The notes beneath the pieces are model-generated. The model saw only the letters and a program-made list of their open reading frames with translations. It searched no databases and was not told the DNA's origin. Shown piece after piece: positions 38,079 through 50,759 of a stretch of DNA of 64,000 nt (the first letter of the stretch is position 1; each line of letters begins with the position of its first letter). The stretch covers positions 496,001 through 560,000 of the forward strand of contig RSEE01000036.1 of NCBI GenBank assembly GCA_003971905.1. Reading direction: 5' to 3'. The stretch comes from Moniliella sp. 'wahieum'. Taxonomy: Eukaryota. The position numbers and the translations under genes were made by a program.

Positions 38079-39429
38079 ATGTGGGCGCTCACCGTTCTGG
38101 GACGCGCGGCCTGCTGGGCCACCAGCTAAGCGCACCCAATCTTGGCCACACCAAGCTGGCCTTGCCCCTCACTGGCATGGGGAGTTCAGTGCTACATTCG
38201 AGGATGCCCTCGCTTGTTTTTTTGCATTGGAACCAGTGGGGGATCGATACATGGAAGGAATCTCATTTTGGTATACTTTTTTCTTGTTATAGGTAGAAAG
38301 GAACGTGGGCACACACAGGCGATCATGATACAGGCTGAGTTGATAGCATTTGAACGTTGAGGCCCTATAATCGGCCTCAGAGTAACATTGTTTTGGCCAA
38401 CACTTTTCCACTTGGAAAACAGAGAAAGCGCCAGAGCAGAGTTGCAGTTGCAAGGGAATTGGTATATGTGCTCCCGAGAGGGAATCGCAGCACCCTGTAT
38501 TCACGTTTGGAACCCCGCGTTGACCACTTCTCTCGCTTTCTCACCTTTGGCACGAACGGAGGATGACCATTGCACTGTTCCCAACAGCCGCTTTTGCGGC
38601 ATTCCAACCCTTAAACACTTTCCGCGAAAGGGAATCTCAGCAAACGCCTCAGGAGTGGCCACGGTTGGAGCCGTCCAAGGGCAGGCCTGGTGAGGTACCC
38701 CAGAACTCGAACAGAGTCTTCAAGGGAGGAAGGATCAATAAATCGAAATTGATGCTAGGCAACATGGGACAGAGGGTGATCTTGACCCGAAAAAAGAAGG
38801 CACAGCGCGCAGATACAGGTGAGGCAGCAGCTATATACAACTGCTGGCCATTGTGAACTCTGCGCAAACGAAAGGGGCAATAGCCCCCCCATGACTGATG
38901 CCTTTGTTTATGGTGGCAGAGGTGATGATAGTGAACAGATTATACCAAAAGCAGTCGTTTATTTGCCAGCAAAGCAGAGAGGAGGGCATCTATAGCACCC
39001 CGGTCACTTTGGGCGTAGCACCAAGAACATCTACAACTTTGGGCCTGATGGTGCTTTTTTTGGATCACCACTTTGGACTTGCGCAAAAATGACCCATATT
39101 CCACCCTGAAGCAGATACTGTAAGCTAACTATGCTCCATGTGTGGGTCCTCCTACCAGCAGCTACCGAGGCTTGTTCTGTCGAGCTCCACTCTCTACGCT
39201 CTCTATTTGCGCTTTTGCTTTCGATTTCCTGCCACGTCCCGCAAGGATCACACGTGTTTGCTCGTATTGGCGACACCCTCTGCACGTCTTTTTGTGTAGG
39301 TACCATACCTGCTCAGTTCAACGCTATTCACTGTTCATTATATATTGTCTTTCCCATCATCGTCTGATTTGACGTTATTGACCGCCACCGTCCCCACAAC
39401 GCACTTCCATTTTCGAACCCACCACGGTC

Positions 39430-39775
39430 TAACAAGTGTTCATCGACTTCATTCGGCCCTGATATGTAGTAGCTTCAAGTTTTGGTGCTTAGGCGTAGGT
39501 ATCCATCCGTCTAAAAAAGGGCTGTTGGAAGGGCTGGGCGGTTTGGCGATTCCGAGAAGGGCACGAGACAACAACCAATCCCCGTGCAAACGATAGGAAG
39601 TTGGACAACAGCAACCAGTACGAGGTGGGCGGAGACGAACTAGGCGTTCGGGCCCGGCACGGGTTCTGCTTCTGTTTTAAGGAGATTCCTTCTGTAGATG
39701 GGGACCAAAGGGGGATATGTGGGGTGCAGGAGCTGTTATATCTCCGACTCTCCATCCTCAAGCCGTGGGAGCGAC
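39430..39775 (+). mobile_element. Possible highly decayed Gypsy/chromovirus integrase-chromodomain remnant
   Basis: QVFIDFIRP* (integrase-like), then YEV...LGVRAR, frameshifted KEFLxRW-KG-Y and PWE (chromodomain-like), in a low-GC gene-free stretch. Confidence 0.2.
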
Positions 39776-40977
39776 AGGAGCCATTCCTTGTCGTGGGCGA
39801 GTCTAGATGGCTCCTCCTCCTCCTCTCCTCCTCCAGATCCATTAACCAGAACCAACTATGTTGGCGTTGAATTTATCGCGACATGCATCTGAATGAAGCC
39901 CAGAGCACTGAGCCAATACCGGGTCGAAGATGACGCGACTACAGGGGTATAAACCCTTGGACAGACCAATCGGTGTCTCGTACATTAGGTCTTGCTTCAG
40001 ATCCTGGTTGAAGCTACGGATGTATAAAGGCGAGGGAGAAACCCTCTAGTTTGGGTGGCTCTGCCTAAGGCCGGAGCTCAGCGCGCGCGTGCGTAGGTCG
40101 TTAGACCAGTTGAAGGGGTTCAGAAGCTCCGAAGTTACCCTGTTCCTCGCGACGCTACCACATTCGGTACGCTTGTATTATGAGGGAGAGACAGACAGAG
40201 TCCTAAAGAAGAGCAAGCACTACTGATGAGAGTAACCGCGGCTTGAAGAGTGGTCGACGTAAGTTGTAAATTCGTAAGCGTAAGGGTGGTAGAAGGTGGA
40301 AGGGCGAGAGAGGAACGGGTAATCGGGGAGACCGAAGACAGGATGGTCGACAATGACCACAGCTAGCAAGCCTTAGACATGGCTGCTTATATACAACCGA
40401 CGCAACCAGGCCCCAAGTGTTACGACCGCGTCGCGCAGCTGCCCCATGCTAATGTCGAACTGGCCGCCTCAAGGGCAGGGGAAGTGAAAGACGTGCGTTG
40501 CCTGAAAAAAGTACGGCATGTTGTCCAGCTCCACCCCCGCCATTGGGCCAACAACCCAAGATCAAGTGGAGACTTACAGACGATAGCTCGGGAGCGGAAT
40601 CTGTCGCATTCCGCCACCGACAGGGTGGGGCCTAGTGTGCAATGTTGCAACAATGAGCCTGCGTGGGTTGAACGTTGAATTCAACGCGCAGGCGTTCAGG
40701 AGTCGGATTAATGATTCCTGGTTGGACGCGACGCGCTGGCCCAATCGGTGCAATGAGGCTGTCGTGCCAGGCGCAGGCAGGCGGGCACTCCGAGATCCGG
40801 ACGACGTGTGCTGGCGTGCCGCGCCTCGTGAGTGTCCACTCGCTCGCTGTCCCACGCGTCTTGTCCCTTAGGCTCCCATCTCCACCCGCCCGCCTCCTCG
40901 CCCGCTCTCTCCCCGCGCTCCCCGCCCCCTCCCCTCCGTTGCGGCGCTGCCTCTCCCCTTCCTTCCGCCGCTCTGCC

Positions 40978-41590
40978 ATGCCCCCGTACACTGGCGGGAA
41001 AAAGACGGTCCCAGGCCGTGGTCCACCAGCCCGCGCGTCGCCCCGCCGCCCGCGTGGGTCCGACGCCGCCCGAAGGCGGTTCAAGCCCGGCACGGTCGCC
41101 TTGCGTGAGATCCGAAAGTACCAGCGCAGTACCGACCTGCTCATTGCAAAACTCCCCTTTGCCCGCGTTGTGCGCGAGGTGGCAGACGAGCTGGTGAGCT
41201 CGCTCTACCCGGGCTCAGGATCACGCGACATTGGACTCAGGTGGCAGTCGTCTGCCATTCTTGCTTTGCAGGAAGCAACCGAGGCGTACCTTACTCACCT
41301 CTTTGAAGACGCGTACGTTGTTTCTTCCAAGCCGCGTTGTGCTGGCAACGTTGGATCCGGATGCAACACTGCGAAGTGTGCTGTGCTGACCTTCATCTTG
41401 CTTGCTCGTGCGCGTTGGCTGCGACTAGGAACCTGTGTGCCATCCATGCCAAAGTTTGTCCCCCTCCCCCCTTCCTTCTCTCCCCGTGTGGATCACTGAC
41501 ATTGTCTCTTCCCGGCCACAGAGAGTTACTATTATGCAACGAGATATTCAACTCGCCCGACGAATCCGGGGAACATGGGGTGGCTTTTGA
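40978..41590 (+). CDS. CSE4: Centromeric histone H3 variant CENP-A (Cse4/CenH3)
   Basis: Non-canonical N-tail; [35 protein letters not shown], extended loop 1, [44 protein letters not shown]. Introns 41313-41428 and 41454-41521. Confidence 0.95.
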
Positions 41591-42412
41591 CTCTTCCTTC
41601 CTCCCACCCCTTTCCCCCAACACCACCTTACTGTGTCGCTGTTTGAATTGTCTTTGCTCCTGGCAGCATCGACCGCAACGATGACATGATGCGCCTCCTT
41701 TTGTCTCCAGCAGCCACACCCTCCCATCAATGTGGCGTCTCTCTTCCTGATTTGGCTCTCATACCCTCGTGCTGGGCGGGCGGGCACTGTTCCCTACGGG
41801 GTCTTCCTTTTCTTTCGCTATGCATGGCCAGCAGTGAGGTGGTGGGCAGTGCGTGGTGCAGAGCGCCAATAAGTGCGATGTAGAGTTCTGTTGCATACGG
41901 GGGCGACTGCGACAGGCGAGAGGGTATCTATTTGTTGAGTTCAATAGTCGGGATGGCCGGCAGCGGAGCGGGCGAGGCCTGGCAGGGAGAAGGCACCACT
42001 GGTGCTCTTTGGATTATGTGTCTGCCTTACGCTCTATACCTCCTCCAATCTGTCTGCTGGGACGAGCAGCCGAGGAGGAGTGGACTCCACCTTGCCATTC
42101 CTTCAGCAGCACAGCAGGACCAGTCCCAGATGGTCCGAAGCCACAGGTCAGGGGATCGATGGTGGATGAGGCCGGCCTGAGGTGGGCGAGGCATGATGGA
42201 TGGTTGACGGAAAGTGCAAGTGGGAACAGAACAGACAGACAACCAACCCTACTGCTGGGGACACCTGTGGCCGTGCGCTGGCCTGCTGGGATCTGCCCGC
42301 ATCTGCCCCGCACTAGGCCAATCGATCGCAAGTGAATATTGAATGCAGCGCGTGCTGGGGCAGCCGGTTGGCGGCGGCCACCCCATCCCTTGGTGCTCAC
42401 CCACTCTGACCG

Positions 42413-43155
42413 ATGCCGCTTGTGCACGTGCTGCGCGTGCTGCTCGCCATCGGCCTCGCCCTGCTTGCCCTCGCTGGTGGTGGCCACGCTGCCGCCGGCG
42501 TTCCCCCCGCCCCCCGCCTGCCCGCCAAGCGCCAAACGTCAGGAGCGGTACGTGTGGCCCCTCTGTCTTTGCGTACACCCGTTCTGCCCCGTCCACTCAT
42601 CCATGCTCCAGGCTCCCTTTGCGCAGCCAAGCGCGTCTTCCAGCCCCACCACATCCAGTCCTGCCTTTGACCATGTTTCCTCAGTGACAGGTACGTCCTC
42701 CGCCCGTGACTCGCTTCCCACTCGCGACCTGACCGCGTCCTTTTGTGCCCTGCCCCCGCTGTCCCTACCCAGCCCTCACCCATTCCAGCTTTTCTGGCCC
42801 GGCCTCCACGTCGAGCTTTGTGCTCCCGGCGCCTTCTTTTGGCCTGGCCAACTCGCAGGCCAACTCCAGTAGCGCACTCGGCTCGGGTGGTGGTAACCCG
42901 GGCTCGTTTGGCACCACACCCGCCTATACCGTTCCGAACAGCGTAAACAATGCCGTGCCCACGTCGGCCGCTTCGTCGGCCTCGGCCGATTCTTCTGCCT
43001 TGCTGTCTTCCGCCTTCCCGGCCCAGTCTAACTCGCTGGCCGCAACTGCTTCGGTAGCGTACAAGAGCTCGAGCACGATGGTCCGTGTGCCCGGCACGCT
43101 GGTCGCTTCGTGTGCACTGGCCATCGTGCTTGGGGTGAGCGTGGGGCGGATGTAA
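42413..43155 (+). CDS. Small secreted Ser/Ala-rich, probably GPI-anchored or membrane-tethered protein
   Basis: Hydrophobic N-terminus, KR Kex2-like site, probable introns beginning at GTACGT (~42548, ~42691), Ser-rich body, hydrophobic C-terminus LVASCALAIVLGVSVGRM. Confidence 0.6.
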
Positions 43156-43310
43156 AGAGGATGGATCTTTGGTTGGTTCTTCGCGTTATGTTTTTCTATT
43201 TGTTAGCTTGCTCCCATCCCCAACGTTCATCGCGCTCACCCGTATTCACTTTGCCGACGCGCGGGAGGTGGATGTGGGCAAAGGAGGACCTGGGTTGGTG
43301 GTTGGTTGGT

Positions 43311-43364
43311 TGGTGCGGGTCTATTTTTATTTGCTGGTGCGGGTCTATTTTTATTTGCTGGTGC
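43311..43364. repeat. 24-bp tandem duplication downstream of the Ser-rich protein gene
   Basis: TGGTGCGGGTCTATTTTTATTTGC x2. Confidence 0.8.
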
Positions 43365-43999
43365 CCATTGGCACGGCGACTCTGGCTTTGCTCTGCTTTG
43401 CTTAATGCTATGTATGCTTGTCGGATTCTACTTGGCTTGGTCGGCTGGCGTATTGGCAGGTACTGACTTTCCCGCCAAAATAGCCCTGCTTGCGGCTAGA
43501 GCAGGATGGCGGTGGTGGTCGTCGTGGGAGGGATGGAGCAGTACGTGTGCATTGTGAGAAACGCAGAGACTGCAACGGACGGAGCAATCATGTGCGTCGT
43601 CACGGATATTCGAAAAATTGGATCCAACGGCGTTCTGGCAGTCCCCCCCCACCGCCTATAGCGTCTAGCTATATATCCCAGCTTGTCACGCTCACCAAGA
43701 GTACCAGCGGGGGGTGGGTGTCATTGCAGTATGGTAGTGGCTGGGAGTGAGTCAGGCTCTGGACTTGGAGACTCGGATCCAAGGCCGAGACGAAGATAGG
43801 TGGGAGTGGTAAAGCGATCTCGGGGGCAGCGGTTTGCACTGTTGGCATCTTCACCGGGCCAAACCAGGTGGTAGTGATGATATGATGGTGCACGTATGCA
43901 TAGATGCTACGCAGCCAACAGACACAGAACGCAGATAATGAGCCAGGACGTGGAAGCGAGGAGGGGTGGGGCCGGTGGGGGCCGGTGATACGGTTTGCT

Positions 44000-45951
44000 G
44001 CATCTGATAGGATGAAGATTGGGCTTCAGCACGAGGGCAGGCTCAAGGCCACATGGCCGCACGCTTACCAGAAAGGAGGACCATGCTTTGCTTCTTGCGC
44101 CCCATCGTCATCAAGCCGGCGCGTCCGTATCGGCCACCGTTACGCCCGCCGGAATCGATCTCGTTTTTGGGCAAGCGTCCGCGCCAATTGCTCCGACGCC
44201 ATGGCTTCGGCTGCCGACAGTTGTTTTTCCAGTTGGTCGAGCCGCAGACGAGTAGTGTTTGCCTGTTCCTCCAACGATGTGAGCTTGGTTTTCTGGCAGC
44301 ATACAAAAGTGTGAGCACTCAACAAAAAATAAAAAAGACGCCAACATGAATGAGACGTACCAACGCCTGTTGGCGGTTTTGGGAAGAAAGTCGATAGAGT
44401 TCTTGCCATCCGGCGTGTAGCTTACATCTGCGTGAAGCGGCACACTTTCGTAGGGCGCGAAGCATCGTCGCCATACGTTCCATCCTCCTTCGTCATCTCG
44501 TCCCAAGCGAGATCGATTGGTGCCCATTCCTCCACCAAACTCAATGTCGGCCAAGTCTGGCTGGGCAGGCTCGGTCTCAGGGAGAGAGGCGGATGCATCG
44601 GCTTCGTCGCCCGAACTAGACGAGATCCAGCGGAGGAAACCTTGAGATACGGGGCCAGCCTATTCTGGCCAAGCCAAGCGCTCATCTACCCACCTCGCAG
44701 TACTCTCGGCGGTGTTTCGTCCTCCCTTCTTCTGCGGGGCTCGACAGAAGGCTCACCTCGTGGCAGGTTCGGAATCCGAGAAATGGCATGCAACGTCAAA
44801 TTCTTCCGGGCTTGAGCCACTTCCTCTTGCTGCTTGAGCACAGTCAAGTGGAGCAGGGTCTCGTCCAATGCGACCCGCGTCAGCACCACTTCCTTCCAAC
44901 TGGCCGGATTGTGTGGGAAATCTTGCTCAACCGTCTCATGTCTCCTTCCACTTCCTCATCCATCTGCTGACCGTGGCAGGCAGCAAACGTGACCAGGTCC
45001 AGAGCATGGGGCGGGAGCCGGTCTGAGGCAGGAAGTGGGAAGACCCTTCCTTCTTTGACACATACGCCCCTACTGAAAACCGTTGGTTCCAAAGAGACGT
45101 CAAGCCTTCAGGAGACGTCACATCCACACCGGTGGCAGGTATAACGGGGGGAATCCAGGCGGCCCAGCCGTGCCGGCAGCGGGGGTGCCGCGCTCGGGGA
45201 TGTTGTCGACCCACTGGGGTACGCCCGCGCGGGGCCGAGCCGCTGCTACGACAGGGCCATACATTTTGTCCACCGCCTCCATGGTCGCCTTGGTCTTGCG
45301 AGAGCCTACGACTCGGGTGATGAGCGTGTGCATGTGGGCCACACGCAGCATGCTCGGAGCAGAACTTGGAGAGAGCAAGAGGGCAGCCGATTTGCACGTC
45401 GTTCGCTTGCACTTGTCTTCCATGTCGTCTGCAGTTTCGTCTTGGGCCGGCACTGGCTACACACAAATCGCTCCACCAGCGCCGCATCATCGTCCTTGAT
45501 CTTCATGCAGGAAGTGTGGTACCATTGGTCGCACACGTCGCACGCCAACATGACCCGATCGCCGTCGTAGAGGGTTTGGCAGATACAATACAGTTCCTCG
45601 TCCATCAGCTCCTCTACCTCTGCATCTTCGGCAGGAGGGGCGTCTACGCTCTGCTCCTGTCTGCGCGCTGTAAAACATCGGAGCTGGCTTCGGAGCCGGC
45701 AACGGCTCGGGGCGCGGGGTGGAGCGCGCGCTTTTTTGCTGGCTTTGGCAGCGGCGCCGGACCGGCACTGCGGCTGCGCGCGCGCGTGTGTCGTCGGCCG
45801 CGTGGGGTGGCCGACGTACGAGGAGCAGGCGCCGTCGCGCGACTGCAGCCGATCCAGAGCCAGAGCCAGCTTCGCGTGCTGGACACGGCGGTCGCTTTGC
45901 GCTTGCGGGCCATCGCGGCGTGGCGTCGAAGCAGATGGTGGCGGCGTCCAT
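44000..45951 (-). CDS. SPP1: COMPASS/Set1C PHD-finger subunit Spp1 (CXXC1-like)
   Basis: PHD finger LYCICQTLYDGDRVMLACDVCDQWYHTSC...FVCSQC followed by TTWK..CKR..C...LSKFCSEH, and a C-terminal coiled coil. Frameshifts; ends approximate. Confidence 0.8.
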
Positions 45952-46012
45952 CGCGTGCCCCCCAGTCCGCCCCCCCGCCTCAGCCCAGCCGGCCCAGCGC
46001 CACGGGTAAACC

Positions 46013-46040
46013 ACGCGAAAATACGCGAAAATAGACGCGC
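46013..46040. promoter_or_regulatory. Cluster of MCB/SCB-like sites in the SPP1-LSM1 divergent promoter
   Basis: ACGCGAAAAT x2 plus a third ACGCG within 28 bp of a ~270-bp head-to-head intergenic region. Confidence 0.45.
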
Positions 46041-46219
46041 CTCTTGCAATGTTCAGCGGGTTTCCTCGCATTTTTGCATTGGATTTTGCCCAAGGAGCAG
46101 TCGTCCCAGGCCGCTTTCGTCGCAGCCCGCCCGGCCGGGGGATGGCGTCTGGTCTGGTCTGCGCGGTCCCCAGACCAGCAGCCGCTCCCGCTCCCGGCCC
46201 CGCTCTCACACCCGCTGCC

Positions 46220-46769
46220 ATGGATGCTGCTGTCGATGCAGCCGGCGCACTTGCGGCCAACATCGCCTTCACTACCTCGGGCGCGCTCTCTGAGATTGTG
46301 GACAAGAAGGTCATTGCCGTCCTCCGCGATGGGCGCAAGTACGTCGGTGTCTTGCGATCATACGACCAATTCGGTGCGTTCCTCCCCCCCTCGTTTGTCT
46401 ATCTGGCTGTCTCTCGGTCTCTCTCCTCTGTCCTTCTGATCATGTCTGGATCCCACAGCCAACCTGATCCTTCAGGACACTGTGGAACGTGTCTATGTGG
46501 GCCAGCAGTATGGGGAGATTCCGTTGGGTGTCTACCTGGTACGGGGAGAAAACGTCGTGGTGCTGGGCGAGGTGGATCTGGAACGGGAAGAGGAAGTGCC
46601 TCCTCAGATCGCTGCTCCCTTCCCGCCCGGCCAGTTTTCCCACAAGGATTTGGACAAGATGCGGCGCGCCGAGGCCGAGGCGCGACACGCCCGCCATGCC
46701 GCCGATGCTGCGGTGCTCAAGCGGACACACGCCTTTGCCGAACACGGCGACGAAGGCGACCTGTACTAG
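46220..46769 (+). CDS. LSM1: Sm-like protein Lsm1
   Basis: FTTSGALSEIVDKKVIAVLRDGRKYVGVLRSYDQF|ANLILQDTVER...GVYLVRGENVVVLGEVDLERE. Intron ~46375-46458. Confidence 0.95.
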
Positions 46770-47039
46770 CTGCACTCGCTTCAAACGCCCCCTAATGCTA
46801 CCCATTATCTTACTTTCCCTTTCCTTTCTGTGGGTGGGAACGGAGGGGGAGGTCTTCATGTATCCTATTGCTTTGCCCATTCCATTGGTTGGGGACATCT
46901 GTCCTGTGTCGAGTTGACCGGCTTTTTCGCACCTTACCAAGTGCCTATTCCAGTGGCCCATGTGCTGGCAGATGACATTGCTAAAGAACAGGAAGAACGG
47001 GAACCAACATGACAGCGTAACTTGGAGTTTAGTTGAATT

Positions 47040-47480
47040 GTGAATCTGCGAAGAAGAGGATTGGGAACTTTGGCGTTCCCCCTTTTGGTCCGCTTCGCAA
47101 AGGGTCCCATTTGGAAGCAACCATGCAGCGTGCCCATTGGCAAGCATATCAGGTTCTCTGACCTCCGATCTTCCGCACTGGTTGCGTTGGGGCGGTGACT
47201 GGCGAGCATCAGCTGGTGTCACCCTCCACGGACGTGCGGCAGGCATGGATGCCTCGAATAGGTGGTCTCTCTTCCTGGTCGGGCACACCAAACTCAAAAC
47301 CCTTACGGTCCAAACGACAAGTGCGCGACAGGGCCACATGAGGATATCAGGCTGGTTCGTGACTAGGATGACGCCGATGTTGCCCCTCGAATCGAAACCA
47401 TCGAGTTGTGGTTGACAAGTCCCGTAATTGGCCGCGCTGTGCCCCATTGTCCCCACTACTAAGCACTTTGTCAATCCTAC
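47040..47480 (-). pseudogene. RPT1: Decayed fragment of 26S proteasome AAA-ATPase Rpt1 C-terminal half
   Basis: Frame-hopping remnants SGDN, QLDGFDSRGNIGVILVTNQPDIL, PNATSAE and GNAK match Rpt1 order, with many substitutions and no N-terminal half. Confidence 0.65.
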
Positions 47481-48186
47481 CCACCAAAGGCTCCGACAAA
47501 GAATAAGAGGATACACTCATTCTTATAGACTGCATGCCAACTCAACCGGTTCCCGTGCCACTAGTTACCCTTCACCCGCGTATACTTTTGCACCTGCTCG
47601 GAGTCAATGATGCAGATGGTCAAGGTGGTGGTAGCGGTCCGACTGGCCACCATCTTGGCTCTTGACATCTTTCTACTTCCGGAAGCCCCATATGGAGGAA
47701 CACACTTTGGGGGAGGTCAGTCCCAAAGTCAACAGACTCCGCTGTTTTCTCAGCCTGCCGTACACCTGGCATCCACTCCCATCCAGAATAGGGGTGGACC
47801 TGACACTGCCAGGGACCAATTCGAGGGGGGAAGAGGTTGCGTCATCTGATGTGGTTGCAGCCCACAAGCACATATTCCCTCGGCCTTGTTCGTATTTGGG
47901 GGCACTTGTTCTCAGAATGGCAAGGTAAGATATATGACCGGTGATGGGTGGTGGGATGGCCGATAGCGGATGCAGGGGCAGGGCATGCGCTTACGTCAGG
48001 ACACTAGCGCCACCCAGCCAGACACGCTCGCCGGCCCACTCACTGTCACTGCTTTGTGCGGCGCGCGCATGGGTGTGCGTGGAGCGCGCCAGCCCCCGGG
48101 CCTGGCCTCGGGCTGATGGCTCGGCGGCCACCACCACCACCGCCACCACCACCACCACCACTACCGCGTCCTCCTTCCCTCCCTCC

Positions 48187-49131
48187 ATGAGCTTCTTCAA
48201 GTCGATGGGCCGGTCTGTCCGTCCCAGGGCGCGTCCGCGCGCCCGGGCGCTGACGACTTTTCCGTGCCCAGTACCGACAATGCGACTGCGGGCGTGGTGG
48301 GCCAGCCAGCGGGCAAACCGTTGTACCTCTGCAACCCCTTTGTCCGCTCCTCCCTCATCAAGGGCTCGTACAAGACCATCGTCGTGCTTCCCAAATATGT
48401 CGACCAGCGCGAGTGGGTTGCGGTCAACCGTATGTGTCATCGCCTCCCCCCCCCTCCTCCCCCCCCCTCCCCGGGCCATCCTACTCTCTCGCTTCCCTTT
48501 TAGTCTTTGACTTCTTCAACAACCTCAACCAGTTCTATGGTGTCATCACCGAGTTCTGCACTGTCCGAAACAACCCCACCATGTGTGCCGGTGTTGGCCT
48601 GGACTACACCTGGGTCGACCAGAACCGGAAGCAAGTCAAGCTGCCGGCACCACAGTACATTGACTATGTCATGACATGGGTCGGCGGCTTGCTTGGTGAT
48701 GAGGCTACTTTCCCTACTAAGGCCGGTGCGTCTCTTTTTCTGGCCACGCTCGGTTCGAGGCTACAACCCTGTTGATCCAGCGCGCGACTTTCCTCCGACA
48801 TTTATGATCACCGCCAAGCACATTTACAAGCAGCTCCTGCGTGTCTTTGCCCACATCTACCATGCCCAATTCCCCTGGTTGCTCCACCTTTGCTGTGAGG
48901 GTCACTTTAACAGTCTCTTTGCCCATTTCATTGCTTTCGGCAGCGAGTTTGATCTGTTTGACTTTGAAGAGTTCCGCACCTCGGGCCAGTCGACTGGCAA
49001 TGCGGCGCGGCCAACACGGGGCTGGCGATGGCTATCCGGGCGTGTGCGATCTGATTGTCAAATGGACCGAAATGGAGATCCTCCCTGACAAGGTGTTGAC
49101 CAAATCGACGCCCCAAGTGGCCGCTGCATAA
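48187..49131 (+). CDS. MOB2: Mob1/phocein family NDR-kinase activator, Mob2-type
   Basis: PLYLCNPFVRSSLIKGSYKTIVVLPKYVDQREWVAVN|FDFFNNLNQFYG...LPAPQYIDYVMTW...FPTKA|RDFP...IYKQLLRVFAHIYHAQF; three introns. Confidence 0.92.
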
Positions 49132-49581
49132 CCTGCTCAATCTCGACATACAATCGACTGCTTTGTGCCTCCTCCACCCCTCTTCACGCGTTGCTGTACC
49201 CATATCATTCCCCTTGTCTGCTTCTGTCAAGCATACATACTCAGGCACTCCCACCGGTTCAGCACTCCCTCGTGGTAGACACAGGCGCCATTATTCAGGT
49301 ACCATGTTCAAGCTAGGATCAAGAGAGATGGGGGGACTTCTTGGGATAGGGTGACTTGCTGGGATAGAACACTCAGCAGTTGATGCGAAACCAGGACGCG
49401 AGCACACTCGAGTTTTGGCGCCCTAAGCATGAACCATATGAAGGGGAGGCGAGAGATCAGAATCGAGTACCAAAGACGCAGGGAGGAATGACGGAAACAA
49501 TCTGGTGGGAGGTGGGGGGAGTAGGCCGGTGCCAAGGGACATTTGTTCCCTGCCCAACAACCGGAAAAAGCCGCTACAACA

Positions 49582-49698
49582 CATAGCTAATCGAAAATGC
49601 CAGTAAAAGGTTCCGATAGATATGTGAGGACTATACGTACGAAATTCAAGGTGGGCAAGGCCCACAAGATTGTGCACCAGAAATTTCGATTAGCCATG
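49582..49698 (+). mobile_element. MITE-like element, copy 1 (117 bp, 15-bp TIR CATRGCTAATCGAAA)
   Basis: Starts CATAGCTAATCGAAA, ends TTTCGATTAGCCATG; near-identical inverted copy at 62032-62146. Confidence 0.8.
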
Positions 49699-50759
49699 TA
49701 GGCACCTTGGCAACCATCGCGAACCATCCCTGACTACCATATTTCTGGGGTGGTGAACGTGGCTCCTGAGTTTGACGGTTTTTTGGTGCGCCTTCCAGAT
49801 CCCCGCTGTACACCTACTACTATGCACACGAGACGATGACCCTCCCCCCTGTTCTTGGTCGCAGTGGGCACTGCTGCATGATTACTTGAGGGCAGAATGT
49901 ACCCCCTTTTTTCAAACCAACGGGGAGATGGCACAACCGCTTTGCCTTCAGCACCTCTAGTCTATCTTCGCATCATTCCTTGGCCGCCATGTTCATTATT
50001 GGACCGCCAAAAAAGATGCTCGATCTGCTGCTCCAGCAGTCTGACAAGCGAGATGGTCGGTCATAATCACAATCGTCCCAGCACAAATCGCATCTCCAGT
50101 CGGTCATACTAGAGAAAGCATAACAACATGACCCGTCTTGCCAGTGTTGTTCGGCAAAACAGTTCAAATGCACCCCGCTTGGCTCCCATCCGGCAGGAAT
50201 ACCTCGCATCTTTGAGTGAGAAGTCCGACCTTGCCAAGTTACATGTTACTGTCCTGCAGCCTGTCCGAGTTCATGGGTTGCAGTGACTAGTGGTGCATGT
50301 ACCAAACGGTGAGCTCGTGAGATCTGAGAAGGGAAAAAGGGATTGATGGTCAGTGGTCGACGAATCCGCTCATCTCGCAACGGCCTTGTCTGCGACACCA
50401 CCCCTGTGCCCTGTAACGCGGGCCGCTCCTACGGCCCCTAAAGCCTAGCAGGGCACCATCCCTTACACACCGGCAAAATGCTAAAGAGCGGGCGCGATAA
50501 AACAACATATCCACCCCCTTAGGCACTGGTGTGTAGTAGGATTCCTCCTAATTAACTGGGTCAACGGTTGTGTGATACCTCGCAGGGAGATCGGGTCTGC
50601 CACGCTGTTCGGTGTATACGAGCAAAAAAAACTTAAACAGGGGTGAAGCTGGTGAAGAAAGGGCTAGACTTTGTGGGGCGAGATGTATCAAATGCATGTG
50701 TTTCTTGTTCTCGGCACAGCGAAGCTTGAAGGGAGCAGAGCGAAGCAAAATGGCGAAGA

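Noticed and set aside
37864..38296. ORF-track proteins of 142 and 116 aa
   Set aside because: Non-ATG starts and no motifs; the spliced metallothionein in the third frame explains the locus better.
40140..40395. LTR with tRNA-iMet primer-binding site (TGGTAGC on the minus strand, with an upstream TATATAA)
   Set aside because: Only 7 nt match the local initiator tRNA 3' end; no TG...CA boundary, second LTR or gag ORF.
40978..41590. Canonical histone H3
   Set aside because: Lacks the ARTKQTARKS tail, has a longer loop 1 and W in place of H3 F84; these are CENP-A features.
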